From the NCBI GenBank assembly GCA_951406725.2, contig OX597830.1, forward strand, positions 52,328,001-52,392,000: DNA of 64,000 nucleotides, given 5' to 3'. The notes under the pieces were generated by a model. It saw only the letters and a list, made by a program, of their open reading frames with translations. It ran no database searches and was not told where the DNA came from. This document shows positions 23,386 to 36,895 of the stretch, one piece after another (position 1 is the stretch's first letter; each line of letters begins with the position of its first letter). This DNA is from Octopus vulgaris (lineage: Eukaryota). The translations under genes were made by a program, and so were the position numbers.

Positions 23386-23689
23386 ATGTATGTATGTATG
23401 TATGTATATATATATATATGTATGTATGTGCGTCTGTGTATGTGCAATTGTGTCGGTGTGCGTGTATAATAGTGTCTCTGAGAATAGTGTCTGTGTGTGT
23501 GTTCGTGATTGTTTGTGTCTGAGCGCATGTACTTGTATTATTGAGAGCATGTGCCATGTGCGTGATCCTATGTGAGTCTCTGTCTGTATAAAAGCGAACA
23601 TTAAACATTAATGTGTGTGTGTGTGAGTATGTGTGTGTGTGTGTGGTGAGAGAGAGACAGAGATAGAGAGACAGACACACAAACAGACG

Positions 23690-23769
<80 letters not shown>

Positions 23770-24045
23770 TCCTATTATATTTGCGTTCATGTATGTATTT
23801 AGGTTGAAAGATTAATTCGACCTGTCTATATATATGCACGCAAGCATGCATACATACACAACAGTATATATAGATAGGTAGATAGAGAGAGAGAGAAAGA
23901 AAGAGAGAGAGAATGAGAGAGACTGTGAGAGATTGATGCAGATAAACACGATTAGGGTTGATAATATATATATAATCATATATACATATGCCTTATAAAT
24001 ACATACATACATATACATACACACAGACATACACAGACACACACG

Positions 24046-24095
<50 letters not shown>

Positions 24096-24096
<1 letters not shown>

Positions 24097-24348
24097 ATAG
24101 AAATGGTAAGACAACAAAAGAATGAAAGAGACCTCGATATTATGTAAATAGAGCAATTTATCTGTAAATATAATGTGAGAATTATTCCGTAGCCATGATA
24201 AAATCCGAGTTTCGGATCTCGGGGCGGAAAACCACGCCGCCATCTCTTCAGTTTCGATGGCCCGATAACTGAAGAGATGGCGGCGTGGTTTTCCGCCCCG
24301 AGATCCGAAACTCGGATTTTATCATGGCTACCGAATAATTGTCCCATA
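24096..24348. mobile_element. Penelope-like terminus with near-perfect 74-bp inverted repeat containing a hammerhead-like motif
   Basis: 24180-24253 vs 24267-24340 (1 mismatch); plus strand gataa-CTGAAGA-..-GAAA-ctcgga-TT-ttatc at 24264-24323. Confidence 0.65.
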
Positions 24349-24475
24349 TCTTATATATATATATATCATTCAGAGATTAAAAAACTACCTATATCTAGAT
24401 AGATATATAGATACGTATAACTAAATATATTCAGAAAATAAACACATGTACAGCACATAGATATTTATATATGTG

Positions 24476-24517
<42 letters not shown>

Positions 24518-24532
24518 AAGAGAGAGGGAGAG

Positions 24533-24578
<46 letters not shown>

Positions 24579-24782
24579 ATATAGAACATAAAAATAGAGA
24601 ATTCTAAGGAGAGAATGCATTATTTTTTTAATTCGACAGTTGTTTCTGGAAGCTCGGAATTAGTAATAGTCCAGTTCTTTCTCCTGATGATGGAAGCTGA
24701 TCTTGTATGACCATTTATTGGCTACATGCTCGTGAGCTTTCCAGCTGCTAATTATGAATGTTTAAAAAAAAATATATATATA

Positions 24783-25052
24783 TAGTGGTTAGAGCGTCGA
24801 AACTTCTGACCGTGAGGTATTGAGTTCGAATCTTGAGCAAGACACTCAGCTGTAGAAATGAGTTGCGACGTCACTGGTATCAAGCTGTATCAGCCTTTAC
24901 CTTTCCCTTGGATGACATCGGTGGTATGGAGAGGGGAGGTTGGTATGCATGGGCGACTGCTGGTTTTCCATAAACAACCTTGCTGGGACTTGTGCTTCGG
25001 ATGTAACTTTCTAGGTGCCATCCCATGGTCATTCGTGACCGAAGGGGGTCTC
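24783..25052 (+). mobile_element. tRNA-derived SINE (V-domain-like)
   Basis: gtggttagagcg A-box, gagttcgaatc B-box and cttgagcaagacact motif. Confidence 0.65.
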
Positions 25053-25063
25053 CGATATATATG

Positions 25064-25114
<51 letters not shown>

Positions 25115-25616
25115 TAAAGATAAATCAATTAATAGTTATATTTATTAACTACAAAAATAAACATAATCTCTAACAGCTGTTTCGATTCGTACTTTAAAGA
25201 TTATAGTTGTAATAATTAAGTCCCATCACAGGCAGAAAAAAGATATACCAATATATTATTAGGTGTTAAGTGCATGGAGCATTACAGCAAACTGAGTTTT
25301 GTTATATGGGTAAATTTGGTATAAACTTCTTATGGGGGACATAGGCTGCATATTTAGTAGGAAAGTAAATATATATTAATATACTCTAGATAATAGTTAG
25401 GTGGAGAGATATATAATAAATAGTAATTTACCATGTATATAAGTATCATTAATATTGGGTAAATATATTTATAGTTCATTATTATAGAGATAAGTAATAA
25501 GTAGAAGTTATTAATAGTCAAAATATTTATCCAATAGATTAAATACCTATTCACTTAAATTTATAGGTGTGCAAATCAATAAGTAAAAAATCAAAGAGGA
25601 ATAGAATTATAGACAT

Positions 25617-25681
<65 letters not shown>

Positions 25682-25684
25682 ATA

Positions 25685-25728
<44 letters not shown>

Positions 25729-25746
25729 ATGATTTATATATATATA

Positions 25747-25786
<40 letters not shown>

Positions 25787-26046
25787 AACACTTGTATATA
25801 AATATACATATTAATTATCTAATCCTGCATACGTGCTTATACACATTTACACGTATATATATATATAATAAATATAGGTAATTGTATGATTAAATGTATA
25901 AATATTTATATTCATACTCAAAAGTACCTATGTTCAAAAATAATTCGATAAAACATGATAATAAATATTTGTGGATTATTTTTAAAATGTATTCATAATA
26001 GGTACTTAATTTGGTAAGAAAACTGCATATATATATATATATATAA

Positions 26047-26290
26047 ATGCGCCCTTTTAAAGCCTAGCCAGGCTCATGGACCCGGTTTCCCGATTTCAAT
26101 GGCGTATGTGTTCCCCAGCTGGACGGAACGCCAATCCATCGCAGCGTTACTCATTTTTGCCAGCTTATGCACTGGAACAACGTGAAATGAAGTGTTTTGC
26201 TCAAGAACACAACGCGTCGCTCGGTCCAGGAATCGAAACCACAATCTTACGATCATGATGCTGACACCCTAACCACAAAGCCACGACCTC
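26047..26290 (-). mobile_element. tRNA-derived SINE (V-domain-like)
   Basis: Minus strand gtggctttgtggttagggtg, ggtttcgattcc, gtgttcttgagcaaaacactt and ctgcgatggattggcg; related fragment at ~32900-33100. Confidence 0.7.
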
Positions 26291-26310
26291 CACACACACA
26301 CACACACACA

Positions 26311-26395
<85 letters not shown>

Positions 26396-26571
26396 GTTTA
26401 TATATTTGTTTTGCAAGATTTTTGATGTGAAATCGTGTGTTGAAACAGGTATTGTTGTATTTAGGAATGGTCATTTTGCCAGTTTAGCCAATAAAAACAC
26501 ACGCACTATATATTTGGTGTTACTTTGCTTCAGCGTTATTTATTTTTTACATTAATCGTAATCTTATTTCT

Positions 26572-26614
26572 GCCAGAGTTCTTTCGTCACATTTCTGTGA
26601 CCTCATCAGTGGTC
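26572..26614 (-). ncRNA. Minimal type I hammerhead motif within a Penelope-like terminus (~26400-26790)
   Basis: Minus strand cca-CTGATGA-g-gtcaca(gaaa)tgtgac-GAAA-gaa-CTC-tgg, with AATAAA downstream. Confidence 0.6.
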
Positions 26615-27165
26615 CTTTGCTTTCTTCTTTCTTATTTGTGTCTCTCCTCACTAACAGTCAGCCATTTTGTATTTTGTATTCCTATTGTATGTGTCTTCAT
26701 TTGCTCATGCGTATACCTCTATGTGTGTCTATGTTTAGTTAGTGTGTGGGGGAAAGTGCCTGTAATATTTGCATCTTCTGTTTATATACGTTCGTGTAAT
26801 TTGTTTTTGTTTTTGTTTATTTTTATTTTGTTCATAAAAAGCATAAAAAACAAAAACAGAGAAAAACGAATTTTTTTCGAACAATGAAAAAAACAGAGAA
26901 ACGAAACATACAACATAAAGAATACTCCCCCTTCTTCAGTTGTCCTTGTTTCAACTACTCCACGTTTCGAAGGCATGGACAAGACGCGACTTCGTTGAAA
27001 CAATCCTTCCCGCAAAGCAAATTAAATAAAATTTGGGATTTTTTTGCGGAGGGTGAAAGTGGTAACAAGAACAGGACAGTGAGAATAAGTACAAAAGTTT
27101 GAAATATATAATGAAATCTTCGACTAAATCGTTTTGAGGGCGTCCCAGCCTTTTGATTGAAACAA

Positions 27166-27210
<45 letters not shown>

Positions 27211-27739
27211 TTGGATGGATGGATGGATGGGTCGTCACTAATAGTTTCATGTCTACAGTAACGACCCACTTAAACTTCAACGGATGTGTGGTCGTCGATG
27301 TACGTGAATATCTTTGATGGATTTTTGTGGAATATTATCATTCGGCGATTGCTTGGATTCTTAACACGAACATGTAACTACTACTATTGAGAATTTAGTA
27401 AACCAAATATCGACTATACAAATATGCTCAAACTGAAAACATACACAGAAAACCACACAAACAGATATGCATACATGTTTGTATGTATGGGTGTATATAT
27501 ATATATACACGACTATTATTATAATTACCGTCGTTGTCTTCAGTGAATTCGTCGATGTTGTTTACGTAGTTTGTTCCATTCACTAACATCGTTATTCAAT
27601 TATTCATTCATTTAATTTAATTCTGACTTTTATCTTTAATTTTGGTTAATTATTATTATTTTTGTTGCTGGTGTTGCTGGTGTCTGTGGGTTTGTTAATT
27701 ACGATCGCTTCAAATGATTTACCTGAAATATATACATAC

Positions 27740-27773
<34 letters not shown>

Positions 27774-27916
27774 TTATTTATTTATTATTCTATGGTATTC
27801 AATATTTGTAGGGCTTAACTATCAGTGTATATATTTGTGAAAGGAATTATTGTAAATGGATGAATATGTATATATGCATGTGTACGTACACACACACATA
27901 CATACACACATATATA

Positions 27917-27993
<77 letters not shown>

Positions 27994-27999
<6 letters not shown>

Positions 28000-28133
28000 A
28001 TATCTATACACACAAACACTTCTATATAAACAAATAAGTACCCCTACCCATATATATATATATATATATATATATATGGGTAGGGGTACTTATTTGTTTA
28101 TATAGAAGTGTTTGTGTGTATAAATATAGATAT
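27994..28133. repeat. ~140-bp palindrome centred on a (TA)n tract
   Basis: 27994-28049 is the reverse complement of 28078-28133 (1 mismatch), and the spacer is self-complementary (AT)n. Confidence 0.92.
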
Positions 28134-28332
28134 GTAAGTGGAGAGATAGACAGATATATTGAGAGATAGAGAGAGGGGTGGGAAAGAAAGGGAGAGTTAT
28201 CATTCATTAATATAAATACTTTACAAAACTTATAATTTATGGTAATCATAGTACTGGTATGGATGGATGGAATGATGGATGTATGTATATATATATATAC
28301 ATGTATATATTACATAAATATATATGTAGATA

Positions 28333-28369
<37 letters not shown>

Positions 28370-28388
28370 ACATGTGTGTGTGTGTGTC

Positions 28389-28420
<32 letters not shown>

Positions 28421-28615
28421 TGATTGTGTGTTACATGTCAATTGTAGCTATGGGTTTGTTGACCGGGATTCTAATGAGACCTGAAACCAAATATAAAATT
28501 ATTCTTGTTGACAATTCGAACTTTTATTGATAATACGCAGGATGGCTTGGGGAAATTTTACCCTCAAAATGTTCGTCTTATGAGACGGAAAATATAGTTT
28601 ACATAAGTATATATG

Positions 28616-28647
<32 letters not shown>

Positions 28648-28980
28648 TGTATGTATGTATGTATGTATGTATGTATGTATGTATGTTTGTATGTTTGTAT
28701 GTATGTTTGTATGTATGTATGTATGTATGTATAAATACACCCAAACACACGCGCATATATATATATATATATGTATATATATATTCTTTTATTCATGGAC
28801 TTGTTTCAGTCATTTAACTGCGGCCATATATATATAATATAATATAATATGAATAATATATAAATATATGCATATATACATACATATATGTACATACCTA
28901 CCTATATATGTATAAATACATGCATATATGGATACAGGACATCAAATATATATATATTTTTGTATATTTTTTTGCATTTT

Positions 28981-29030
<50 letters not shown>

Positions 29031-29447
29031 TTGCAGTCTATAACAGACGCCTGCAGTTACAATTTGAATGTAATGAGTATATCCCTGTGATACGATTACC
29101 ATAATTATTAGTGTTTTGAATGTATTTATTAATGGTAACTCGAGGGAAGTTTACAAAGGTTTTCCCGCATTGATAAAAGAACACTATTTGTTTGGTCTCT
29201 TGTGAATCAACAACTACAACATCCCACGTACCACTTATAGGCAGATGGAAATACCATCAAAGCAGACGCTCTGGTTTTTTTTTTTTTTAGATTAATTGCT
29301 CAGATATTGTATCGCACCAGTAATACTACACAATGGTGTAGTATCAAGAGTTTAGTTTCTACTAAAGGCTTAGTAGAAAAATCGATGTGTTTGTTGGATC
29401 ATCCTTCTTGTGCTACAGTTTCATGAAGGGGCACGGCCTGGGTATCT

Positions 29448-29817
29448 TATCTTTTACTTGTTTCAGTCACGCCTGGGACACCACCTTGAAGAATTTTTAG
29501 TCGAAAGAATCGACCCCAGAAGTTTTGTTCAGGCTTGGTACTTATTCTGTTGGTGCCTTTTGCCGAGACGGTAATTTTCCGGGACGTAAACACACCAACA
29601 CCGGTTGTCAAGCAGCACTGAGGGACAAACACAGACACAATGACACCTTCTCTCCCTCTCTCCTTCACACATACACACACATACACACACGCATATATAT
29701 ATATAGACACATACCGTCTACCAAATCCACTCACAAAGCTTTGGGACGCATGTGGCTAGAGTAGAAGACACTTAGCCAAGGTGTCACGCAGTGGGACTGA
29801 ACCCGGAACCATGTGGT
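29448..29817 (-). mobile_element. CORE-like SINE (diverged)
   Basis: cttttacttgtttcagtca tail through ccgtctaccaaatccactcacaa and gtgggactgaacccggaaccatgtgg. Confidence 0.8.
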
Positions 29818-30243
29818 CCTAAGTATGCGATTAAAAGACTAAGATTTCACAAAAGATTCCTGAAGAGTATGACGAAAACATCTAAGAGATTCAATCTCAC
29901 AAATATATGACAAACGCCAGGAAGGAAGCAGATAATGAATTAGGGACAAATCGATAATATCGGGGATGTGTTGGTAATGTTCGACGTTTAATGTGCCATC
30001 AAACAAAGCTGTCGAAAATAAAGATGCAAAGCTGATAAATATATAAACAGTCGGTCATAAAATCGATCCAACTATTCCGTGGTTGCTGTCTTTAGTGGTG
30101 TTAGCAGCACAAGTTCTTGATTTTGTTTATCTTTAAACGAGCTACGATTCCCAAACACATTATCCTGTAGGCGTCAGAGTCTAAAGCCGAAGACAATTGT
30201 TACCCTTCACCTGGCGAAGAGTTACATTTGTCTTCGGTTTTAT

Positions 30244-30301
30244 AGTCTGACGAGACGTTCAGAGTGCTAAGCCCTTTGTAGATGCGAAACCATTGGTCAC
30301 T
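30244..30301 (+). ncRNA. Type I hammerhead ribozyme motif with GUC cleavage triplet
   Basis: agt-CTGACGA-g(...)c-GAAA-ccattg-GTC-act; stem III acc(att)ggt and G-C closing pair on stem II. Confidence 0.7.
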
Positions 30302-30396
30302 CTTTGACCGGACAGAGGCTTAACTACTTATAAATACATTACTGCTCTATACTATAGAGTGTGCTTCTTTTTCGGTTATATGATACATTGACGATG

Positions 30397-30446
<50 letters not shown>

Positions 30447-30769
30447 GAAATATGTTACAAAAAGAAAATAGAAACTACACGTGGAAATGTAAGGGGAAAG
30501 TAAGAAGAAAAATAAGCGAAAATGCACATTGAGAAACCCCCAAAAATGGCTTTTTATGAAAAGTAACGATATATATATACAATTAGATGAACTGAGGTAG
30601 GAATAAAAGTAATAAAAGTCATTATTGTGAATTGTTAAAATGATTCAAAAGCATACCGGTTTCGTGAATTTACTAATTAATGCTTTGAATGCACACCGAT
30701 TAATGAACGGTGTCAGGTCTGCTAGTCCCTGAGTATATATATATATATATATATATATACATACACAAC

Positions 30770-30991
30770 ATTCTATCAGTCTCTCTCTGTCAAATCCCCT
30801 CACGAGGCTTTGGTCGGCCTGAGGTTAAAGTTGAAGGCACTCAAGTAGGATTAAAACCAAGGCCACATGGTTGGCAAGCAAGCTTTTTAATCATACAGCT
30901 ATGCCTACGCCTAGCGCCGCGCAGTAGGTCCGTACCCAAGACTATATGGTTAGAAAGCAGGCTTCTTAGCACACAACCAAGCCTTCGCCTG
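30770..30991 (-). mobile_element. Two degraded CORE-like SINE heads
   Basis: tttggtcggcctgagg..ccacatggttggcaagcaagc..cacagc..gcct pattern, repeated. Confidence 0.6.
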
Positions 30992-31654
30992 TAAAATTTT
31001 ATATGAAACCCAGTATCTTCATCAATTGTCCAACACATTTGTTTTTATGCGTATATCTATTCATCTATAGCGTCTCTGTATTTAGAAACGAAGTGAGGTA
31101 GAGCTCTTATATTTTATGATAAGCGGAACTACTTTTTCAAGCTTTACACTGTTTCTATTGTCGATTATTCAAACGTTTCAAGAAAGGAAACAGCGTGCAG
31201 ATCTGCAGGCAAAAATATTCGTAAACACATCGGAATACGATCCTTTTGCGATATCTAAAAGTTAAACTTTTTCTTTGGTATTTCCTGTAGTCCTTTTTGA
31301 ATGATATCAGGATATTCTTTGTAGAGATTTTTTTTTTTTTTGATCAGCTGTTCAATTTAAAGCATTTATAACATCGCCTGTGGAAAGTGATTTACAAATT
31401 TGAGATAATATATGGATTACTACAGATCGATAGTATATACAAGCAAGGAAAAGCACTCAATACATACAGATGTGTGTGCTCATTTTATTAAGTTATAATT
31501 ACAAAAAGCTAACCCAAATCACAAATGCTCAAAATGGAACGGCAGTTCCTGTAATTTTCAACAAAGAATGTTGCTATTGTATACATATTCGTTCTCACAC
31601 ATACGTGTATATGTTTGTGTGTGTGTGTGTAATATATATATATATATATATATA

Positions 31655-31850
31655 TTTCTTAGTTTTTTTCTTTCGCTCTCTTTCCTTTTTTTTTTTTTTT
31701 TTCCTTTCAATCTTTTCTGTCGAAGAGCACAGGCTCGAAATGACAGAGACTTTTCCAGTTTCCCCGAGCGTCAAACTAGTACACCTGCTTGTTGTTCCTT
31801 TATTTGTCTTTGTCTTTTGTTTTCTGCAAATATGAACAATTTATATATTA
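31655..31850 (+). mobile_element. Penelope-like terminal repeat (family of 10205-10456)
   Basis: ctgtcgaagagcacaggctcgaaa..gagcgtcaaactagtacacctgcttgttgttcc..gtcttttgt. Confidence 0.5.
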
Positions 31851-32076
31851 TAAATACATGTGTGTGTGTGTGTATCTATGTATCTATGTATGAATCAATG
31901 TATGTATGCGTACGTACGTACGTACGCATATATGCATATATGTATGTATGAATGTATGTATGTATGTATGTATGTATGTATGTATGTATGTATGTATTAA
32001 GACAGGAAAATTTGATATAGTTTAAGTCCATGTTACATGTGTCTCATAGTATGGGAATTACATAATGAATATAAAA

Positions 32077-32116
<40 letters not shown>

Positions 32117-32179
32117 GCCATAATCATATTATAACTATAATAATATCATAATTGCTACAAACATGTAAAGAATACGTAT

Positions 32180-32385
32180 AGGCAGAATCGTTAGCGCGCC
32201 GGGTAAAAGTGCTTGGCGGCATTTCATCCGTCTTTACAGTCTAAGTTCCAATTCCACCAGCGTCGAATTTAGCTTTCCTCCTTTCGGGATCGATAAAATA
32301 AGGATCAGTTGAACACTGAGGTCAAGGTAATCGATTTAGCCCCTCTCCCGAACTTGCTGGCCTTATGCCAAAACTTGAAACCCAA
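32180..32385 (+). mobile_element. Meta-type SINE
   Basis: ggcagaatcgttagc..ctttcctcctttcgggatcgataaaataag..ctggccttatgccaaaa. Confidence 0.8.
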
Positions 32386-32679
32386 TATGCGTAGGGTCTC
32401 CTAAACTGTGACTCCTCATGGTTAAAAATAATTTATATATTCATAAAGTATTTTTCTTATACTGTAATGAAACAAGTGTAACGTGGAATCAAAAATATTC
32501 CAGACTTTCCAGGCTTTGTTTTCTTTTAATAAATACTTATTTCTGCAGATATTATGATTCAATAGAACTTTCGACTCTTATAAATGATTCTCCCATTTAA
32601 AACTAAGACATCTACATACACATATTCGATTACTGAAATATACAAATGTGTTTAGATTATAATCCTTTCTATCGACCGT

Positions 32680-32828
32680 CTATACATTCTGAGTTCAAAT
32701 TCTGGCGAGGTTGACTTTATCTTTCATCTCTTTCAGAGTCGATGAAATAAGTTCCAGTTGTGTACTGGAGGCGATGTAAGCGACTTACCTCTTCCTCTGA
32801 AATTGCTTGTCTTGTGCCAAAATTTGAC
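32680..32828 (+). mobile_element. Meta-type SINE fragment
   Basis: ttctgagttcaaattc..gaggttgacttt..ctttcatc..gtcgatgaaataagt. Confidence 0.75.
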
Positions 32829-33836
32829 CCTTTCTCTGCGTTATTTATATATGAATATATGTATATATCACTGAATAACTGTATTGACCAGATTATCGAG
32901 TGTTGGTATTCACCGCCGGTCACAATGCGCTTCCTCACATTCTTGTAACTTTCGAATGATGCCACCTCGCTGGCCAGGCAGGCAGACCAACATTTCCTCT
33001 GAACAGGATGCCAGTCCATCGCAGGGTTATACACTTACAGCTGAATCGTTTGCTCAAGAACATAACGCACCACCCAGTCTGGAAATCGAACCACGATCTT
33101 GTGGGGCGGGGGCGTGTGTGGGTATGTAATATTCGTGTTTGTGTATGTGTTCGTGGTAAAAGACACACATGGTCCTCAGAAGGATTCTCATAATTTCTCA
33201 TAATTCATTTAATGAGAGTGCTCTGCAACTCATTACAAATTAGTTGGAGCTATGTCCAACGTCTATGTGACGTGATTCAAAACAAAGCACCTGGAATATA
33301 AACTATATAGAGAAAACATACATATTTACTTTATTGTAAAACTTCCATACATAAACCGATATATACTTATTTATGGAGATATATATATACATGTGTATAT
33401 GTGTGTGTGTATGCATACACACACATATGATTATATATATCTATTATATGTACACTCACAATTATAAATATATACTCATAAACACCTCTATGTGTATGCG
33501 CATATGTCTGCGCGTATATATGCATATGTATATATTATAAGCGCATTAGTGTATTTGTATGTGTATATATACGTGTATAAAGTATAAGTATTTATATAAA
33601 TGATATATATCTATACATATATTTGTATAATAAACACACGCTAGAGCGCACACAGACACTCGCACACACACACACACTTACACACACAAATGTATATTAT
33701 ATGATATTATATATACAGAGAGAGGAGGGAAGAGAGTGGGTGAAAAAGAAAGACTAAAAGAGAAAGTGTTGGTATTAATTTATTTTCCGTTTCCACTTCG
33801 TTTTGCAGTATGTATATAATGTATATACACACACAC

Positions 33837-33900
<64 letters not shown>

Positions 33901-33912
33901 GCATATATATAT

Positions 33913-33978
<66 letters not shown>

Positions 33979-34182
33979 TGTATGTATGTATGTATGTATG
34001 TATGTATGTATGTATGTATATAGTCTATACATATACATAAATATGCATATGTATATTAATGTGTCTATGTGGATTTTATTGTATATTAACAGTTGTATAT
34101 ATTTTGTATTTCATGGATCTATGTGGGTGATGTTGCTTCATACAGAAATCTGTGCGGTGTGTATATCATTCGTCTATATTGT

Positions 34183-34224
<42 letters not shown>

Positions 34225-34660
34225 GTATATATACATACATATATACATATACATATATATGTATATATACACACATATATATATATATATAATATATATA
34301 TACGTATATATACATACATATATACATATACATATATATGTATATATACACGCACATATATATATATATATATATATATATTCCATGTGGAAACTATGAG
34401 TGTTAAAGTATTACAATTTCTATACGTTTTTCATATCTTTTGCCTTTACTTTGATAAAAACTCTGTTGATAATGGATTTCCGCTCTCCATACATCTAGTT
34501 TTCTACTTGGCAGCACTCAGCTTCAACGCCATCAGCTTTCACAGCCAAAAGCAACCATAGTTTTCGCAGGCTTTGCTAGATTTATTTGGATAATACTATA
34601 TTCTCGTGAAGAACGAAAATGACTCGAGTTGGATGCAAGAATATTTTTGGCTTTTGCTAG

Positions 34661-34705
<45 letters not shown>

Positions 34706-35240
34706 TTTGGTTTTTGGTACTATATTTTTGTTTTTGCATTCTTTTTTTTTTTATTTTTTCTTGTTCTTTTTTGTCTTCGGTATTCCATTATCTACTTGTA
34801 ATAACTCCACTCTCAACGTCGGCACTCACAGACAGACACACAGACAGACAGACAGATAGATTATGAGGAAAAGACTATCAACAACAGCAACAACAACAAC
34901 AACAACTACAGCAAGAGCAACAAGACCCTGTCATTTGCCATTAGCATGAAATTTGACTTCGGTCATCGCAAACAACAACAGCAGGAGAGAGTGTGGGGTG
35001 GGGGGGGTTTATGGAACTTACTATTAATCAACTGCCATTTTACAGAATTCCTTCCCCCACCCCATCCCCACCCTACCTCCATGTTCACTAATAATCTCAC
35101 CAGACTCATTCTTTTCTTTTTGTTTTGTTTTTGTTCTTGCTTTCAAGACGATTTCTTTTTTTTTTTTTTTTGTTTAGTTTGTATTTATATTTGAGATGGG
35201 ATGTTTATTAAGTGAAATCATATACACACACATATGTACA

Positions 35241-35298
<58 letters not shown>

Positions 35299-35504
35299 TA
35301 GATAGATATATATATATACACGTATATATGTATATATTATATGCGTGTGTGAATGTATGTATATGCATGTATGTATATGCATGTATGCATGTATATATAT
35401 GTATATATGTATACATATATGTGTGTGTATATATGTATATATCTATATATAATATATGTGTATGTATATATGTCTATATATGTCTATATATATGGGTATA
35501 TGTG

Positions 35505-35616
<112 letters not shown>

Positions 35617-35779
35617 TGCATGCATACATAGATAGAAATATGGATAGATAAATGCGTAGATTATAGACGCAGGTATATACATTGCATTTTACTGTATTTG
35701 TGTCTCTACCTGTTTTACATAGATGTGTGTGTGTGCGTACGCGTGTGTATATGCATACATATATGCATGTATACATACA

Positions 35780-35840
<61 letters not shown>

Positions 35841-36003
35841 GCAGTTAGACACACACATATACATACATAAAACCATGCGTAAACGCGAGACTACTTACCC
35901 ACCCATATATATTTGTTTGTCCATCTGAGTATCTACCCGACTTTCACTCAAATTTCCCACCTGCCTGAATTTGTGTAGGGTGGGATACCTGCACGTATGT
36001 CTA

Positions 36004-36037
<34 letters not shown>

Positions 36038-36344
36038 GTGTAGACATATAATCATATCCGTCATTCTATCCATCATTACAAACACCGTACTTGAGACGAT
36101 TTCCCCCACCCGTCTTCCACCAGTCTCTCCACTGGCAAGGCTGCCCTATCCACCCACACCTCTCGTTGTTTACCGCTACACTCCCCTAATCGTTAATGAT
36201 TTTCCAATTACCGTATTTCCCTAACACCTCTAAGCTCAAACAATACCAACAAGAGCAAGAATGGATTTTTTTTTCTGCATCTTAGAAACTCTTTCTTTTC
36301 GCAATTTGCTCGTCATTCCAATGTCGTCGGTGCTTTTATAGAGG

Positions 36345-36623
36345 CGATGGTGGTGGTGGTGGTGGTGGTGGTGGTGGCGGTGCTCGCCGTCGACGTCATC
36401 GTCGTCGTGGTGGTGGTGGTGGTGGTCGTCGTGGTCGTCGTGGCGATGATGATGTTGGTGGTGGTGGTGACGAGGACGACGTTGATGGCAATGACGCTGG
36501 TGATAAGGATGCTGGTGATGGTGATGATGAAGATGATGATGACGACGTCGACGATGATGATGATGATGATGATAATGATGATGATGGTGGTGGTGGTGGT
36601 GGTGGTGGTGGTGGTGGTGGTGA

Positions 36624-36657
<34 letters not shown>

Positions 36658-36857
36658 GGTGTGGTGGTGGTGATGATGATGATGATGATTACGATGATGA
36701 TGAGGATGAGGATGATGATGATGATGATGATGATGACGATGATGATGATGATGATGATGACGATGATGATGATGATGATGCTGGTGGTGGTGGTGATGAT
36801 GATGATGACGATGATGATGATGATGACGATGATGATGATGATGATGATGATGATGAC

Positions 36858-36895
<38 letters not shown>

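Noticed and set aside
29855-29890. ctgaaga-gtatgac-gaaa hammerhead-like string
   Set aside because: No stem I pairing is compatible with any NUH triplet.
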